DNA of 64,000 nt from Candidatus Kaiserbacteria bacterium RIFCSPHIGHO2_01_FULL_53_29. GTDB taxonomy: Bacteria; Patescibacteriota; Minisyncoccia; Phycocordibacterales; UBA2100. The stretch is from contig MFKT01000029.1 of the NCBI GenBank assembly GCA_001781125.1, positions 4,040 through 68,039 of the forward strand, read 5' to 3'. This document shows, piece after piece, positions 37,945 through 47,729 of the stretch. A model generated the notes under the pieces. The model did no database searches. It worked only from the letters and a program-made list of their open reading frames with translations, and was not told where the DNA came from. The position numbers and the translations under genes were made by a program. Within the stretch, counting starts at the first letter, position 1, and every line of letters starts with the position of its first letter.

Positions 37945-40585
37945 CCACGGTTGCATCTTTCGTCCCGCCTGCGAGCGTCTGGCAGTGCAGGAGGAATGTC
38001 GCCTGCGAGAAAACCGGCGACGTGACAGCCGTGCCGCTCACGCTTGTGTTGTAGGAGTTGGCCGCGGTGAAATCCGCCTGATCGGGGCTCGAGATGACAC
38101 ATGATTGCATGCCGGTCGTGACCCAGCCCAAAAGCGCGGTCTTGCCCGAGGCAACGGTCTTGGGGTTGGCGACAAGGATAGTAGAAGGTTTGTTGACTTG
38201 GACGGAGCACTGCGCGCCTGCGGTACGTCCCTGGTCGGTGCAGGTGAGAGCGTAGGTGGCGGTGTTGGCTCCTGCGGGAGGACTACCTATCGTTGTGCTT
38301 GCCACACCTGATTGCGCGCCTGCGGTATCGAAGCCCGAACCCTTGCTCGTGCCTACAGAGCAGGAATACGCGAAGGCTACCATCATGCCGACATCGGCGA
38401 GCTGGGGCTGGCAGGATAATTCGGCCCTGAGCGGAACGAGTGGCGGGGTAGGTGGGGTGGAAGTCGCCGTGCCGGAAGTTACGGTGATGGTTATACTACT
38501 GATAACGTTGCCGTTGGAGGTGAGTTGCACTTGGTACGGGCCGGCAGCTGCGTAGGTATGCGTCTTCGTAAGATTGGCGGGAGGGCAGGTAGCAGCGCCG
38601 CATCCCGAGCCCACGAAATTGGTGCCGTCACCAAAATCAATCGTTGATGGGACCGGTACCATGCCGGTAAAGGTGACCGTAAGGGGTGCGGGACCGGAGG
38701 TTGGATTAGCAGTGAAGTTCGTGTTGGTCGGATTCGGAACGCACTGCCAATTGGTGACGCACTGACCATTCATGACCGGCTGCCACTGTCCGACAGAGCA
38801 GTTTGCAGCAGGTGGAGTCTGCTGCAACTGGAGTTGGCATTGATTGCCGGTGGAGGGCGTGCATTGCTGTGGCTGTTGGGGCGGTGCCGTGATTTGCTGC
38901 TGTTGAACTGGAGCCTGCGGCGCGTACCCCTGCTGCGCGTAGTACTGATTGAGCTGTTGTTGATATTGCTGCTGCTGTTGTTGTTGCTGCTGCTGGTATT
39001 GATACTGCTGCAGTTGGAAATTATATTGTTGCAGCTGCTGCTGGTATTGCTGCTGCCATTGCGCATACGCCTGTGGATCGCTCGGACATTGTTGCGGGGG
39101 CGGAAGAGGCTGCGGGGGCGGTGGTTGATTCAACCCGAGCGCTTTGCCGATCGAGTTCATCATCGAACTCATCGGATTGCCGCCACCGCTACTCGCCGGA
39201 GGACGCGGTGGTTGCTGCTGTTGCTGCGGTTGTTGGAAGGTGCTGTTTATCCTGCAGTCCGGAGGATTGCCACCGTTTGAACATACGGACTGTATCTTAC
39301 AGCCGTTGGCGGGATCGCCGCCGTTCGCGCATTGTTTGGGTGGCTCATTACCCGGCTTGCAGGGAGGCGCGGTACGATCCCTACATATTGTTCCGGGTGG
39401 CGCTTCAGATGACCCCTTTGTGCAGAGGCCAGATGCATCGCATTTGAATCCCAGACTTTCAATATATTTGCGTTCTGCTTCGTTGGCAGGTCTTGCCTCC
39501 CATTTATTATCTTCTATTCGAGAAATGTCTGTCTTGGTTGTCTCCGATGTTATACCACCCGACACCACTGGGCGTTCCGGAGGAGTAAGTGGTGTCGGGC
39601 TCGTGCACCACTCTGGAGGTGAATCCCTCTTACATGCATCAGCAATCGCAGTGTCGACATCTTTAGAATCCTTGTCCGCGTCCGGATCGGGACTGTACGC
39701 GGCGATTTCTTTGATTTTTACCCCATCGGGGGCCTTAAGCGTGCCGTCTGAATCCACAAGCATTTCATTCGTTGAATTCGTAGGGTCCTTACCGAATGCA
39801 CTATTAATGATATCTTGCTGAGTTTGATCGATGCCACAACCCACGAGGCATGAGGGTTCCCACTTGCCCGTCAAGAAATTTTTTCGCACAGTAAAACCAT
39901 CGCTCGACAATTTATCTACGACCAGTGCCTTGTTTATTCCTTTCGAAATGATAGGGACACATCTCATAACCGAACTTATGGGTGAATATGAAGTTGTTGT
40001 GTCAACGCACGCAGTCGTTTTACACGTACCTGGCGATACCTTCGGATTCGGTTCAGCTTTGATCTTAAGGGTGCCGTCTGGCTTAACAGTGACAGTGGCG
40101 GATTTCCCAACGCATTTGAAATTGCCCGGTTTTGCCGGATCGGGGGCAGCAGCAACACAGTCATCGGAGTTGGGGTCCGTTGGTTTAGCAGCTACCTTCG
40201 TCGTAGCTGCAGTTTTTGCTGTAGCAATCGCAATCCCACATTTATTCAAGATTTCCTCATCGACTTTCGCTTTGGCATCCGCTTCAGCTTTCGCTGTAGC
40301 TTCCGCATCAGCCTTTGCTTTGGCATCTGGCGGAGGAGCTGTGGCGGTAGCTGCTGGTGTCGCTGCGGGAGCTGGAAGCAGGTAGGGGACACCACCAGTC
40401 GACGGCATCGCTTGCGTTCTTGGGGGGGGGATGTCTGCGGCAAGAATGGCTCCGGCAGCCTGCTGCGGTTGATTGCCCGTTGGCATAGGAGTAAAAGATT
40501 GGAGCGCTATCGCCGTGACCGCGAGGGCGGCGAGCAGACCTATCACGGGCAAAACAGCAAAACCCCGGGACGCGGATCGGAACAT
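37928..40585 (-). CDS. Large exported Cys/Gln/Pro-rich protein with a PKD domain
   Basis: Pilin-like hydrophobic N-terminus (RGFAVLP), polyQ tract, FTANPTSGPAPLTVTF...IDFGDG...HTY, C-terminal Ig-like modules. Confidence 0.8.
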   Translation of the reverse strand: MFRSASRGFAVLPVIGLLAALAVTAIALQSFTPMPTGNQPQQAAGAILAADIPPPRTQAMPSTGGVPYLLPAPAATPAATATAPPPDAKAKADAEATAKAEADAKAKVDEEILNKCGIAIATAKTAATTKVAAKPTDPNSDDCVAAAPDPAKPGNFKCVGKSATVTVKPDGTLKIKAEPNPKVSPGTCKTTACVDTTTSYSPISSVMRCVPIISKGINKALVVDKLSSDGFTVRKNFLTGKWEPSCLVGCGIDQTQQDIINSAFGKDPTNSTNEMLVDSDGTLKAPDGVKIKEIAAYSPDPDADKDSKDVDTAIADACKRDSPPEWCTSPTPLTPPERPVVSGGITSETTKTDISRIEDNKWEARPANEAERKYIESLGFKCDASGLCTKGSSEAPPGTICRDRTAPPCKPGNEPPKQCANGGDPANGCKIQSVCSNGGNPPDCRINSTFQQPQQQQQPPRPPASSGGGNPMSSMMNSIGKALGLNQPPPPQPLPPPQQCPSDPQAYAQWQQQYQQQLQQYNFQLQQYQYQQQQQQQQQQYQQQLNQYYAQQGYAPQAPVQQQQITAPPQQPQQCTPSTGNQCQLQLQQTPPAANCSVGQWQPVMNGQCVTNWQCVPNPTNTNFTANPTSGPAPLTVTFTGMVPVPSTIDFGDGTNFVGSGCGAATCPPANLTKTHTYAAAGPYQVQLTSNGNVISSITITVTSGTATSTPPTPPLVPLRAELSCQPQLADVGMMVAFAYSCSVGTSKGSGFDTAGAQSGVASTTIGSPPAGANTATYALTCTDQGRTAGAQCSVQVNKPSTILVANPKTVASGKTALLGWVTTGMQSCVISSPDQADFTAANSYNTSVSGTAVTSPVFSQATFLLHCQTLAGGTKDATVVVTSQ

Positions 40586-40662
40586 GCCTCAATCATGCGC
40601 CCCAGCGAGCGCGAGCGCAATGTGAAAATGTGGAAAAGACTGGGTTATGTTATGATGGGGTC

Positions 40663-40854
40663 ATGACAGATGAGGCTCTTACGGACATTGAGCATGCGAT
40701 TGAGAAAGCCACGCCGGATCAGCAGCGACGTTTTCTCGCGCGCCTGCCGCACGTGCTACATCTCGCGCCTGACCAGTATGCTCGAATGAAAGCTGCTGAG
40801 CCGTCATTCGCGTTCTGGAATAATGCCGCTGATGCGGTCTATGACAACCTATAA
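40663..40854 (+). CDS. Putative antitoxin
   Basis: 63 aa ending AEPSFAFWNNAADAVYDNL; overlaps the toxin start; TATGAT 6 nt upstream. Confidence 0.7.
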   Translation: MTDEALTDIEHAIEKATPDQQRRFLARLPHVLHLAPDQYARMKAAEPSFAFWNNAADAVYDNL

Positions 40855-41203
40855 GCGCGGACAGATCGTGCTCGTTCCGTTCCCCTTCACTGATTTCTCG
40901 ACGCTCAAACAGCGCTCCGCGCTCGTACTTTCTCCGACCGCATACAATCGCAAACAAAACGACGTCATAATTGTCGCAATCACCTCGCAACTTGAGTCGT
41001 ACAAGAACCGGAAAGACGTTTACCGCATCGACGGACAAGAACAACGTGACTCCGGACTCCCACGACCCGGGATCGTGCGTCCGGACAAAATCACTGTCGT
41101 CGACCAGCGGCTTATCCGTCGCATTCTCGGAACACTTCCGCAGCCGACCGTTGATCGTATCGCGGAGTTGACCGCGCGTGCCATCGGCTACATGCGGGCC
41201 TGA
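40841..41203 (+). CDS. PemK/MazF family toxin
   Basis: YKRGQIVLVPFPFTD...KQRSALVLS...IIVAITS. Confidence 0.9.
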   Translation: MTTYKRGQIVLVPFPFTDFSTLKQRSALVLSPTAYNRKQNDVIIVAITSQLESYKNRKDVYRIDGQEQRDSGLPRPGIVRPDKITVVDQRLIRRILGTLPQPTVDRIAELTARAIGYMRA

Positions 41204-41209
41204 TATTCA

Positions 41210-41281
41210 TGCCCTCGCCGGGAATCGAACCCAGATTACGAGCTCCGCAAGCTCGCGTTCTATCCGTTGAACTACGAGAGC
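41210..41281 (-). tRNA. tRNA-Arg (GCG)
   Basis: Cloverleaf; CGAGC-TTGCGGA-GCTCG. Confidence 0.9.
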
Positions 41282-41384
41282 CCTACTACGCTCCGGAAAA
41301 TCCCGGAGCTTCGAAGGACAAGTAATGGTACAAAAAACCACTGCTCGCCCGCCGAAGCTCAAAGACACTTTGAGCGAAGGAGGG
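41281..41384. repeat. Pair of oppositely oriented GAA-bulge palindromic elements upstream of tRNA-Arg
   Basis: CCCTACTACGCTCCGG..CCGGAGCTTCGAAGG (41281-41317) and CCCGCCGAAGCTCAAAG-ACA-CTTTGAGCGAAGGAGGG (41348-41384). Confidence 0.6.
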
Positions 41385-41483
41385 AACGACGAGAGCCAAC
41401 GAGAGAAATGTAGCACGTTTGGCCCGCTTGCGCAGGCGCAGGCTTTTTTATTGTTTCTGTAACCACAGACTTCAGCTCCAAAC

Positions 41484-44400
41484 TTACGGCATCACGGTAA
41501 TCACTCCCGACATACCGACTCCTCCCGGAGCGCCATGGAAGCGACAGTAATACGGGTAGGTGCCCGCAGTCGTGAAGGTCCGCGAGAAATTTGCCCCCGG
41601 AGAAAGGCCGGTATCGAAACTTCCGCCATCGGCCGTCACGGTATGTTGCATCGCGCCCGTATTGGTCCATGTCACCGTACTCCCTTTTGCGATAGTTATT
41701 GTGCGGGGTGAAAAGGAGTCGTCCGCCGCGGAGATATTGATGAGGGCCGGACTTGAGCTCGTGTTGGATGTGCTCGATGTGGTTGGCGTGGATGATGTGC
41801 TCCCCGCCCCTGCCGTACCCGTGCTTGCACCAAGCGTGACCGTCACACTCGCGCGCTTGCTCGCTCCCCCCTGCGTCGTGCAATCCAATTGGAACGTCGC
41901 GTTGGATGTGATGGGAGAGGTCGCCGCGGCACCGGTCGTACTTGTGTTGTACGCATTGTCCGCCGTGAAGTCGGCCTGATCGGGGCTCGAGATGACGCAG
42001 GATCGCATGCCGGTCGTGATCCAGCCGAGAAGTGTGGTCTTGCCCGAGGCAACGGTCTTGGGGTTGGCGACGAGGACGATCGAGGATCTGTTGACTTGAA
42101 CGGAGCATTGAGCGCCTGCGGTGCGTCCCTGGTCGGTGCACGTGAGAGCGTAGGTGGCGGTGTTGGCGCCTGCCGGAGGCGCCCCAAGGGTGGCCGTTGC
42201 GGAGCCCGACTGGTCTCCACCCGTATCGAAGCCGGAACCCTTGCTCGTCCCTGTCGAGCAGGAGTACGCAAGAGCGAGAGTCATGCCAACATCAGCGAGC
42301 TGGGGCTGGCATGCGAGATGGGCAGTGAGGGGAATGACCGCGGGAGCGGTGGTGGAAGTTGGGGTGGGATCCGACGTATCCGGAACACATCGCCAATTCG
42401 TGAGACAACTCAAACCTGCGACGGTCGAGCTCGCCGGCTTCCACGAGCCATTCCGGCATTCCGATGCATCGGGTTGGTCGGGTCGTGCGGGACACTGCGC
42501 ATTATTGCGCACGCACTGCCAACTCGTGAGACAACTCGATCCTGCGACGGTCGAGGTCGCCGGTTTCCACGAGCCATTTAGGCATGTCGCGGGATTAGGC
42601 TCCGCCGGCTGCGCGGGGCATTGCGGGGTGGGGTTGGGCACACACTGCCAGGCAGTGATGCACGCGCCATTCATCGTCGGCTTCCATGAACCGACGTTGC
42701 AGCTGGACGCCGGAGGTTGCTGTTGCAATTGCTGCTGACACTGACCGCCCGTCGCGGGCTTACACGGCAAGGGCTGCACGGGCGCCGTTGTTTGTGATGG
42801 TGGCGGAGGCGTCAAGCCCTGTTGTGCGTAATACCGACTCAACTGTTGCTGGTACTGTTGCTGTTGCTGATACTGCTGCAGCTGATAATTGTATTGCTGC
42901 AACTGCTGCTGATATTGCTGCTGTTGTTGGGCGTAAATTTGTGGATCGGTGGAACAAACGGGAGCTTCCGGCTGGGGCGTGAGGCCCTTGGCCAAACCCT
43001 CAAGGAACGATGCCAGTGGATTGCCCGGCGGCTTCTTCTGCGACTGCGGAATCTCCGGCATCTTCGGCGCTCCGCCTCCTCCGCCAGCTCCTTTTCCATC
43101 ACCTCCCGCTCCACCTCCCCCTTTACCAGTTCCGCCTTTTTCGGCTCCGGCTTTTGCGGCTTTTGCGTCCGCTGCATCTTTCGCGGTTTTTGCCTCCTTC
43201 GCAGCTTTTGCGTCTGCCGCGTCTTTTTCTGTTTTTGTTTTGGTGGTATCTGGGGGCTCTTTACCCTCATCTTTGACACAACTCCCGTCCGAAGCACATG
43301 TGTATTCGTTATCCTCAAGATACTTTTTCTGCTCCTCCGAGTCCGCCTTGGCTTTCCATTTACCTTCTTCGTCTCTCGTTGCGATTATGTCGTCAACTGA
43401 TCCTTTTGAACAACTTCCATCGGAGCCGCAAGTGTACCCGCTGGCCTCAAGGTATTGCTTCTGCTCGGCAGATTCAGCGCGGGCCGTCCATTTTCCATTC
43501 CCATCGGAGCGAGCGACAATGTCATCAACCGAACCTTTGGAGCAGGCGCCGCTAGAGCTGCATGTATATCCATTGTCTTCGAGGTACCTCTGTTGCTCTG
43601 TTGTTTCTGCTTGTGCGGTCCAGTTACCATTCCCTTCAGAGTGGGCGACGATATCATCGACGCTTACAGGTTCTGACGGCGCGACCGAGGGTTCGATGGC
43701 AGCTGGCATATCTGTCGCACGAAGCCCGGGATCCCGCACTCCTGCGACGTCCCGTCCCCAAAAACTATCCCGCCAGTTAGAGTCAGACGCTCCAGTACAC
43801 GAGCCTCCCGACAAGCATGGATACTGGTTCTCCATTGCATACAGATCATTTTTAATCTGCCCAAGTACAGCATCTCTTTCGGGGTTTGGCGCTCCCCCAC
43901 CATTCATGAAGCCACGCTGATCTGAGAGCATTTTTTCTCGAAAAACAAGTTCGTTATATTTGCCGACATCGCTCACGGTGGGATTTTGCGCAAGCGCTGC
44001 AGAATACGCGGCGTTGATATCCTCTCCGTAGTTGGCATGCAGCGTTTGCTTTTCCGAATCTGAAAGTCCGGTATACCAATTTAAACCTCTGTCGGGCGAC
44101 CCTGCGGAGTATCCTTGGAGCTCTGAACCGCTCTGCGCGTCCCATGTGGCAGCGGGAAGCTGTTGCCCAGGCAGAGGATTTTCCTGTATCGTGGCGGATC
44201 GATCAGGAAAGGAACCTTCGGCCGGCGGAGGGGAATTAAAATCAAACGCTGGAGCTTGTGTCATGGCTCCCGGCAAATTCTGTGCCCATGTATCGAAGGT
44301 CGTTGCCGCGGCGACACCTGGCTCGAGAGCGGCAGGCGGTGGGTCGGCCGCAGACGAGAGCGGGAATCCGTCGTCGCTACGAGTTGGTGAGATGGGGAGA

Positions 44401-46667
44401 TTGATAGATTGATCACGTGTAATCAACGCCCCAATCTTTTCATCACCGAACTGATCGACGGTACCGTTGTAGCGGCCGGTTAGAGGATCTCGGATACTAA
44501 AGTTATCTCCGTCTCTTGTGATCTCAAGATTCGGTGCCGGCCGATATGTACCGTCTGTTATATCGTTCAGCTTCGAATCGTAGTTCCATCCGTCCTTTGC
44601 CTGTTGGACTGCCTGTTCGACGGTCTGGCCAGACTCGACTGGGATACGCGCGTACTCATCATTGGGTCCGTAGACTGACACCACCGTAGTACCGTCGCGG
44701 AAAGTAGTGCTGCGCACCCCCACGCCGTCGGCGTCGTACCTCGTAAAAGGGTCCATGTGAGATATAGGTATTGAGGTGTCTATTGGATAAGGTGGTCTTG
44801 CTTCACCACCATCCTCGAGCCCGAGGCTAGCAAGCTGTGGAGTAGTGGCGAGAAGCGCATTCATGCGCGCGAGGTCGTCTCGCTGGTTGGAAAGCGAATA
44901 ATCAGAGTCGCCTAATTCTTGCAGTTGTTTCTCCTCAGCAGGAGTCGGGTCTCGATTTTCTGACCTTATCGTGGCGTCAAGCTGGTCGCTTCTGATTTCA
45001 TTCGCATTGATAGTATCATCCAACGCATCAAGCCGAGCAGCATTCTCGCGGTAGCTTGCCGCGGGATCTTGAAGAGCTGTTGCGAGCTCTCCAATGGTAC
45101 CGGAATAGTTGTTTACATTGATCCGATCTCCCGCGGGCGTGATCAGGTAATCGCTATTCTCACCATCACTACCAGTGCGATCAAGGGTGTATCCGTCGGC
45201 AAAGGGGTATGCTTGTCCGTCATCAAAATCGCGAATGTTCAGGTTTCTGTACGCTGCGCTGTCTGGCCCTGCATCAAAATCGGTCGGGCTTGGGTTCACC
45301 CAGCCACCGTTCGCATTTGCTGCAGCGCTGGCTACACTCGGATCAAGTGCGGAGGATGGTTCTGGGGGCAAAATGCTGTCTGTGCCTGGTGCCGGTAAAC
45401 TGCCGGATGACGTCTGTTCGCCCGGCTGTACCAACATAACAGGTCCATCAAAACTATACGGCGCAGTTCCAGGTCCGTTCACTGCTTCGACTGCAGCATT
45501 ATACGCTTGCTGTGATGCGCGATAGCCGAGCTTGGCTTGATTCCATGCCGCTCGAGCTGCCGGATCGGTGGGGTTTTCTTCGAATGCTCGTTGTGCAGCA
45601 TCATATGTTGCGGCCGCTTCAACCGCGCTGCGCTGCGTGTCGGCGATGGTCGGAGCATTTGTGTCCGCAGTCTGTGGCGAAGGCGTTGTAGGCCAACTGC
45701 CATTGAACACCGGAGGTTCTGCGCTGTTTATGTAATCCTGCGTGCTTTGCGCCACCGTCTGCCCAAAACCGCCCTGTGGTTGAGTAGCCGGATTTTCACC
45801 CAAAGACCCGGTGTTTCCGGTCGGATTCTCGAAAGCCGATTGATCGAACGTCGCGTCAGTCCGCTGGTACTCTGTTGTTTGAAATAACGCTGGGTCCGGT
45901 ACCGGAGTTCCCTGGACCGTGGGACTTTGCGGCTGCAGCGTGGCGGTGTCGGTGCGCAACGCATCATTGAGCAGCGCGCTTTCACCCCGCAGCCGTGTAA
46001 GCTGACTTTCTTGTTCCGCAGTAAAGTCCCCGCTTCCCGATTTCGATTGCTCCAGTATTTGTTCGAGCTCGGATATTTCGTTGTTGACTCGGGTGAGCTC
46101 TCTTTGCTTTTCGTCGAGCGCGTTATCAATTTGAGTGTTCGCAGGACCACTCGGAGTCTTCGGCACTGCTGGATCTTCTTCATCAGGAATTTTTGGCATA
46201 CTCGGAATGCCTCCTCCGCCTGACCCGCTCTCTGAGCCTGCACCGGACTTCGGAGTCTGTGTTGCTTTCCATTCTCCATCCGCATCCCTATACTCATCGC
46301 CATGAGCAACGTCTTGGCTAACGCAATGCCCTTTTACATTGCTCGTTCCTACCTCCAACCCCTCGCCGCATAATTTACCGGATTCGCTGTAATTCGGATA
46401 TTTGCATGAGTAGTCGTATGACGATGAGCATAGAGCATCTAGTGATTTATCTCCCCCTGCTTGCGCCAGCTGCGAGCGCGCATCGTATGCATATGAAGCG
46501 GCAGCCGCGTCGCGAAATGCCTCCGGAGTTTGCGCGAGCGGCGAGGGGAAGGCATCGCTCATGCTTGCGGAGACGCCGAGAATCGCCGCAAGAATGAGTA
46601 TAAACAGAGAAGAAGCTCCGCGATTTTGAGGACGCCGAGAGTCGGCCGAAGTTTTCTTATGGGGCAT
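41484..46667 (-). CDS. Giant exported repeat protein with C-terminal plastocyanin-like cupredoxin domain
   Basis: Signal peptide; 3x ~44-aa Cys repeat; polyQ; 3x ~42-aa Cys repeat; module shared with 37928-40585; HTVT...YYCRFH...GM type-1 copper ligands. Confidence 0.82.
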   Translation of the reverse strand: MPHKKTSADSRRPQNRGASSLFILILAAILGVSASMSDAFPSPLAQTPEAFRDAAAASYAYDARSQLAQAGGDKSLDALCSSSYDYSCKYPNYSESGKLCGEGLEVGTSNVKGHCVSQDVAHGDEYRDADGEWKATQTPKSGAGSESGSGGGGIPSMPKIPDEEDPAVPKTPSGPANTQIDNALDEKQRELTRVNNEISELEQILEQSKSGSGDFTAEQESQLTRLRGESALLNDALRTDTATLQPQSPTVQGTPVPDPALFQTTEYQRTDATFDQSAFENPTGNTGSLGENPATQPQGGFGQTVAQSTQDYINSAEPPVFNGSWPTTPSPQTADTNAPTIADTQRSAVEAAATYDAAQRAFEENPTDPAARAAWNQAKLGYRASQQAYNAAVEAVNGPGTAPYSFDGPVMLVQPGEQTSSGSLPAPGTDSILPPEPSSALDPSVASAAANANGGWVNPSPTDFDAGPDSAAYRNLNIRDFDDGQAYPFADGYTLDRTGSDGENSDYLITPAGDRINVNNYSGTIGELATALQDPAASYRENAARLDALDDTINANEIRSDQLDATIRSENRDPTPAEEKQLQELGDSDYSLSNQRDDLARMNALLATTPQLASLGLEDGGEARPPYPIDTSIPISHMDPFTRYDADGVGVRSTTFRDGTTVVSVYGPNDEYARIPVESGQTVEQAVQQAKDGWNYDSKLNDITDGTYRPAPNLEITRDGDNFSIRDPLTGRYNGTVDQFGDEKIGALITRDQSINLPISPTRSDDGFPLSSAADPPPAALEPGVAAATTFDTWAQNLPGAMTQAPAFDFNSPPPAEGSFPDRSATIQENPLPGQQLPAATWDAQSGSELQGYSAGSPDRGLNWYTGLSDSEKQTLHANYGEDINAAYSAALAQNPTVSDVGKYNELVFREKMLSDQRGFMNGGGAPNPERDAVLGQIKNDLYAMENQYPCLSGGSCTGASDSNWRDSFWGRDVAGVRDPGLRATDMPAAIEPSVAPSEPVSVDDIVAHSEGNGNWTAQAETTEQQRYLEDNGYTCSSSGACSKGSVDDIVARSDGNGKWTARAESAEQKQYLEASGYTCGSDGSCSKGSVDDIIATRDEEGKWKAKADSEEQKKYLEDNEYTCASDGSCVKDEGKEPPDTTKTKTEKDAADAKAAKEAKTAKDAADAKAAKAGAEKGGTGKGGGGAGGDGKGAGGGGGAPKMPEIPQSQKKPPGNPLASFLEGLAKGLTPQPEAPVCSTDPQIYAQQQQQYQQQLQQYNYQLQQYQQQQQYQQQLSRYYAQQGLTPPPPSQTTAPVQPLPCKPATGGQCQQQLQQQPPASSCNVGSWKPTMNGACITAWQCVPNPTPQCPAQPAEPNPATCLNGSWKPATSTVAGSSCLTSWQCVRNNAQCPARPDQPDASECRNGSWKPASSTVAGLSCLTNWRCVPDTSDPTPTSTTAPAVIPLTAHLACQPQLADVGMTLALAYSCSTGTSKGSGFDTGGDQSGSATATLGAPPAGANTATYALTCTDQGRTAGAQCSVQVNRSSIVLVANPKTVASGKTTLLGWITTGMRSCVISSPDQADFTADNAYNTSTTGAAATSPITSNATFQLDCTTQGGASKRASVTVTLGASTGTAGAGSTSSTPTTSSTSNTSSSPALINISAADDSFSPRTITIAKGSTVTWTNTGAMQHTVTADGGSFDTGLSPGANFSRTFTTAGTYPYYCRFHGAPGGVGMSGVITVMP

Positions 46668-46723
46668 GTAGCCCAATCATGCGGCAATTGTGCCGCATCT
46701 GCAAAGGCCAAAAGTGGAGAGTG

Positions 46724-46990
46724 CTAGGCTGCGAGCGCGCGGAGCTGCCTGGCAGCGCGGGATTTCATACGAGCGGCCGTGTTGCGGTGGATGGTGCCGT
46801 TCTTGGTAGCCTTGTCGACGGCCTGATAGAGCACTTTGAGCTGCCCCTCCGCGTCCCCCGAGTTTTTTCCGCCCACAAATCTGTCCATCTGCTTCACTGC
46901 CATTTTCATCGCCCCTTTGCGCCGCACGTTGTGCACGCGACGGCGAAGCGCGACGCGCTGTGCTTTCTTTGCCGACCTCGTGTTTGCCAT
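46724..46990 (-). CDS. rpsT: 30S ribosomal protein S20
   Basis: MANTRSAKKA...DKATKNGTIHRNTAARMKSR. Confidence 0.95.
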   Translation of the reverse strand: MANTRSAKKAQRVALRRRVHNVRRKGAMKMAVKQMDRFVGGKNSGDAEGQLKVLYQAVDKATKNGTIHRNTAARMKSRAARQLRALAA

Positions 46991-47072
46991 TGGACCGGAT
47001 GCTACCGCATCTTCCCCTTCGGCGCAACAATGCGAACTGTTTGCTCTGCGTGCACCAATCGCCCCAAAAGTG

Positions 47073-47111
47073 ATATTCCGTAACGTGCGCTACCGCGCAA
47101 TCTGGGAATAT
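47073..47111. repeat. Imperfect palindrome, copy 1 of the direct repeat flanking the PaaX/Cas2-like gene
   Basis: ATATTCCGTAACGTGCGCTACCGCGCAATCTGGGAATAT. Confidence 0.75.
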
Positions 47112-47138
47112 GAGATATGTACACCCTGGAAAACAACT

Positions 47139-47729
47139 TCATCTTTCCTTACGCAAACGAAAGCGCTCTCGTACCCACCCATCGTTTTCTATGGATTCAA
47201 CAACTACATAGAGCACGTCTTTCCCGATCTGCAACTCCGCTTTCGCGAGTATAATAAACTCCTCACAATCGTATGGATACACCCAGACACTGTCCTGCAA
47301 GCGCAAAAAGCCGCACTCTTGCATGAGGCGTCGAATACGATCGCGTGTCGCTCTTCTTTGCTGCGGGATATCAAACATCACGATGCGGTATCGCCCATCC
47401 CATCGCTTCGGTTGATGCGCCGTGAGCTTTGCTTTCTCCTGCTCCAGCAGAAGCGCCTGCCGACCTGCACTAGTAAGCTCAATATATTTCTTACCGTTGC
47501 GCTGTACGAACCGGACATGCCCCTTGACGATAAGACGCGAAACCGCAGTCCGAGCTTGGAATGCAAGTTTGTAACGTTTCTTGCCAATGATATGCGGAAG
47601 GATTTGAAAGACGTTTGGTGCGAGCGCCGCCACGGCAATAATGCCCGCGGCTCCTATCACAGAGAGTACCGCATCTTTCACGTACCGCTTTCTTCGCACC
47701 CCACGAGCGTGAGATTCCGTCTTCCCCAT
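47139..47729 (-). CDS. PaaX-like protein: winged helix plus Cas2-like ferredoxin-fold domain
   Basis: ELTSAG, WDGRYRIVMFDIP, GFLRLQDSVWVYPYDC. Confidence 0.85.
   Translation of the reverse strand: MGKTESHARGVRRKRYVKDAVLSVIGAAGIIAVAALAPNVFQILPHIIGKKRYKLAFQARTAVSRLIVKGHVRFVQRNGKKYIELTSAGRQALLLEQEKAKLTAHQPKRWDGRYRIVMFDIPQQRRATRDRIRRLMQECGFLRLQDSVWVYPYDCEEFIILAKAELQIGKDVLYVVVESIENDGWVRERFRLRKER

Noticed and set aside
40663-41281. Prophage or integrative element at tRNA-Arg
   Set aside because: Only a TA pair is present; no integrase or att duplication was seen
37551-42310. Diversity-generating retroelement (Avd-like gene plus two similar repeats)
   Set aside because: No reverse transcriptase in the window; differences between the two copies are at mixed bases, largely third codon positions, not adenine-specific; both copies are coding
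38256-46309. Numerous long antisense ORFs over the giant proteins
   Set aside because: Expected from low-complexity GC-rich coding sequence on the opposite strand
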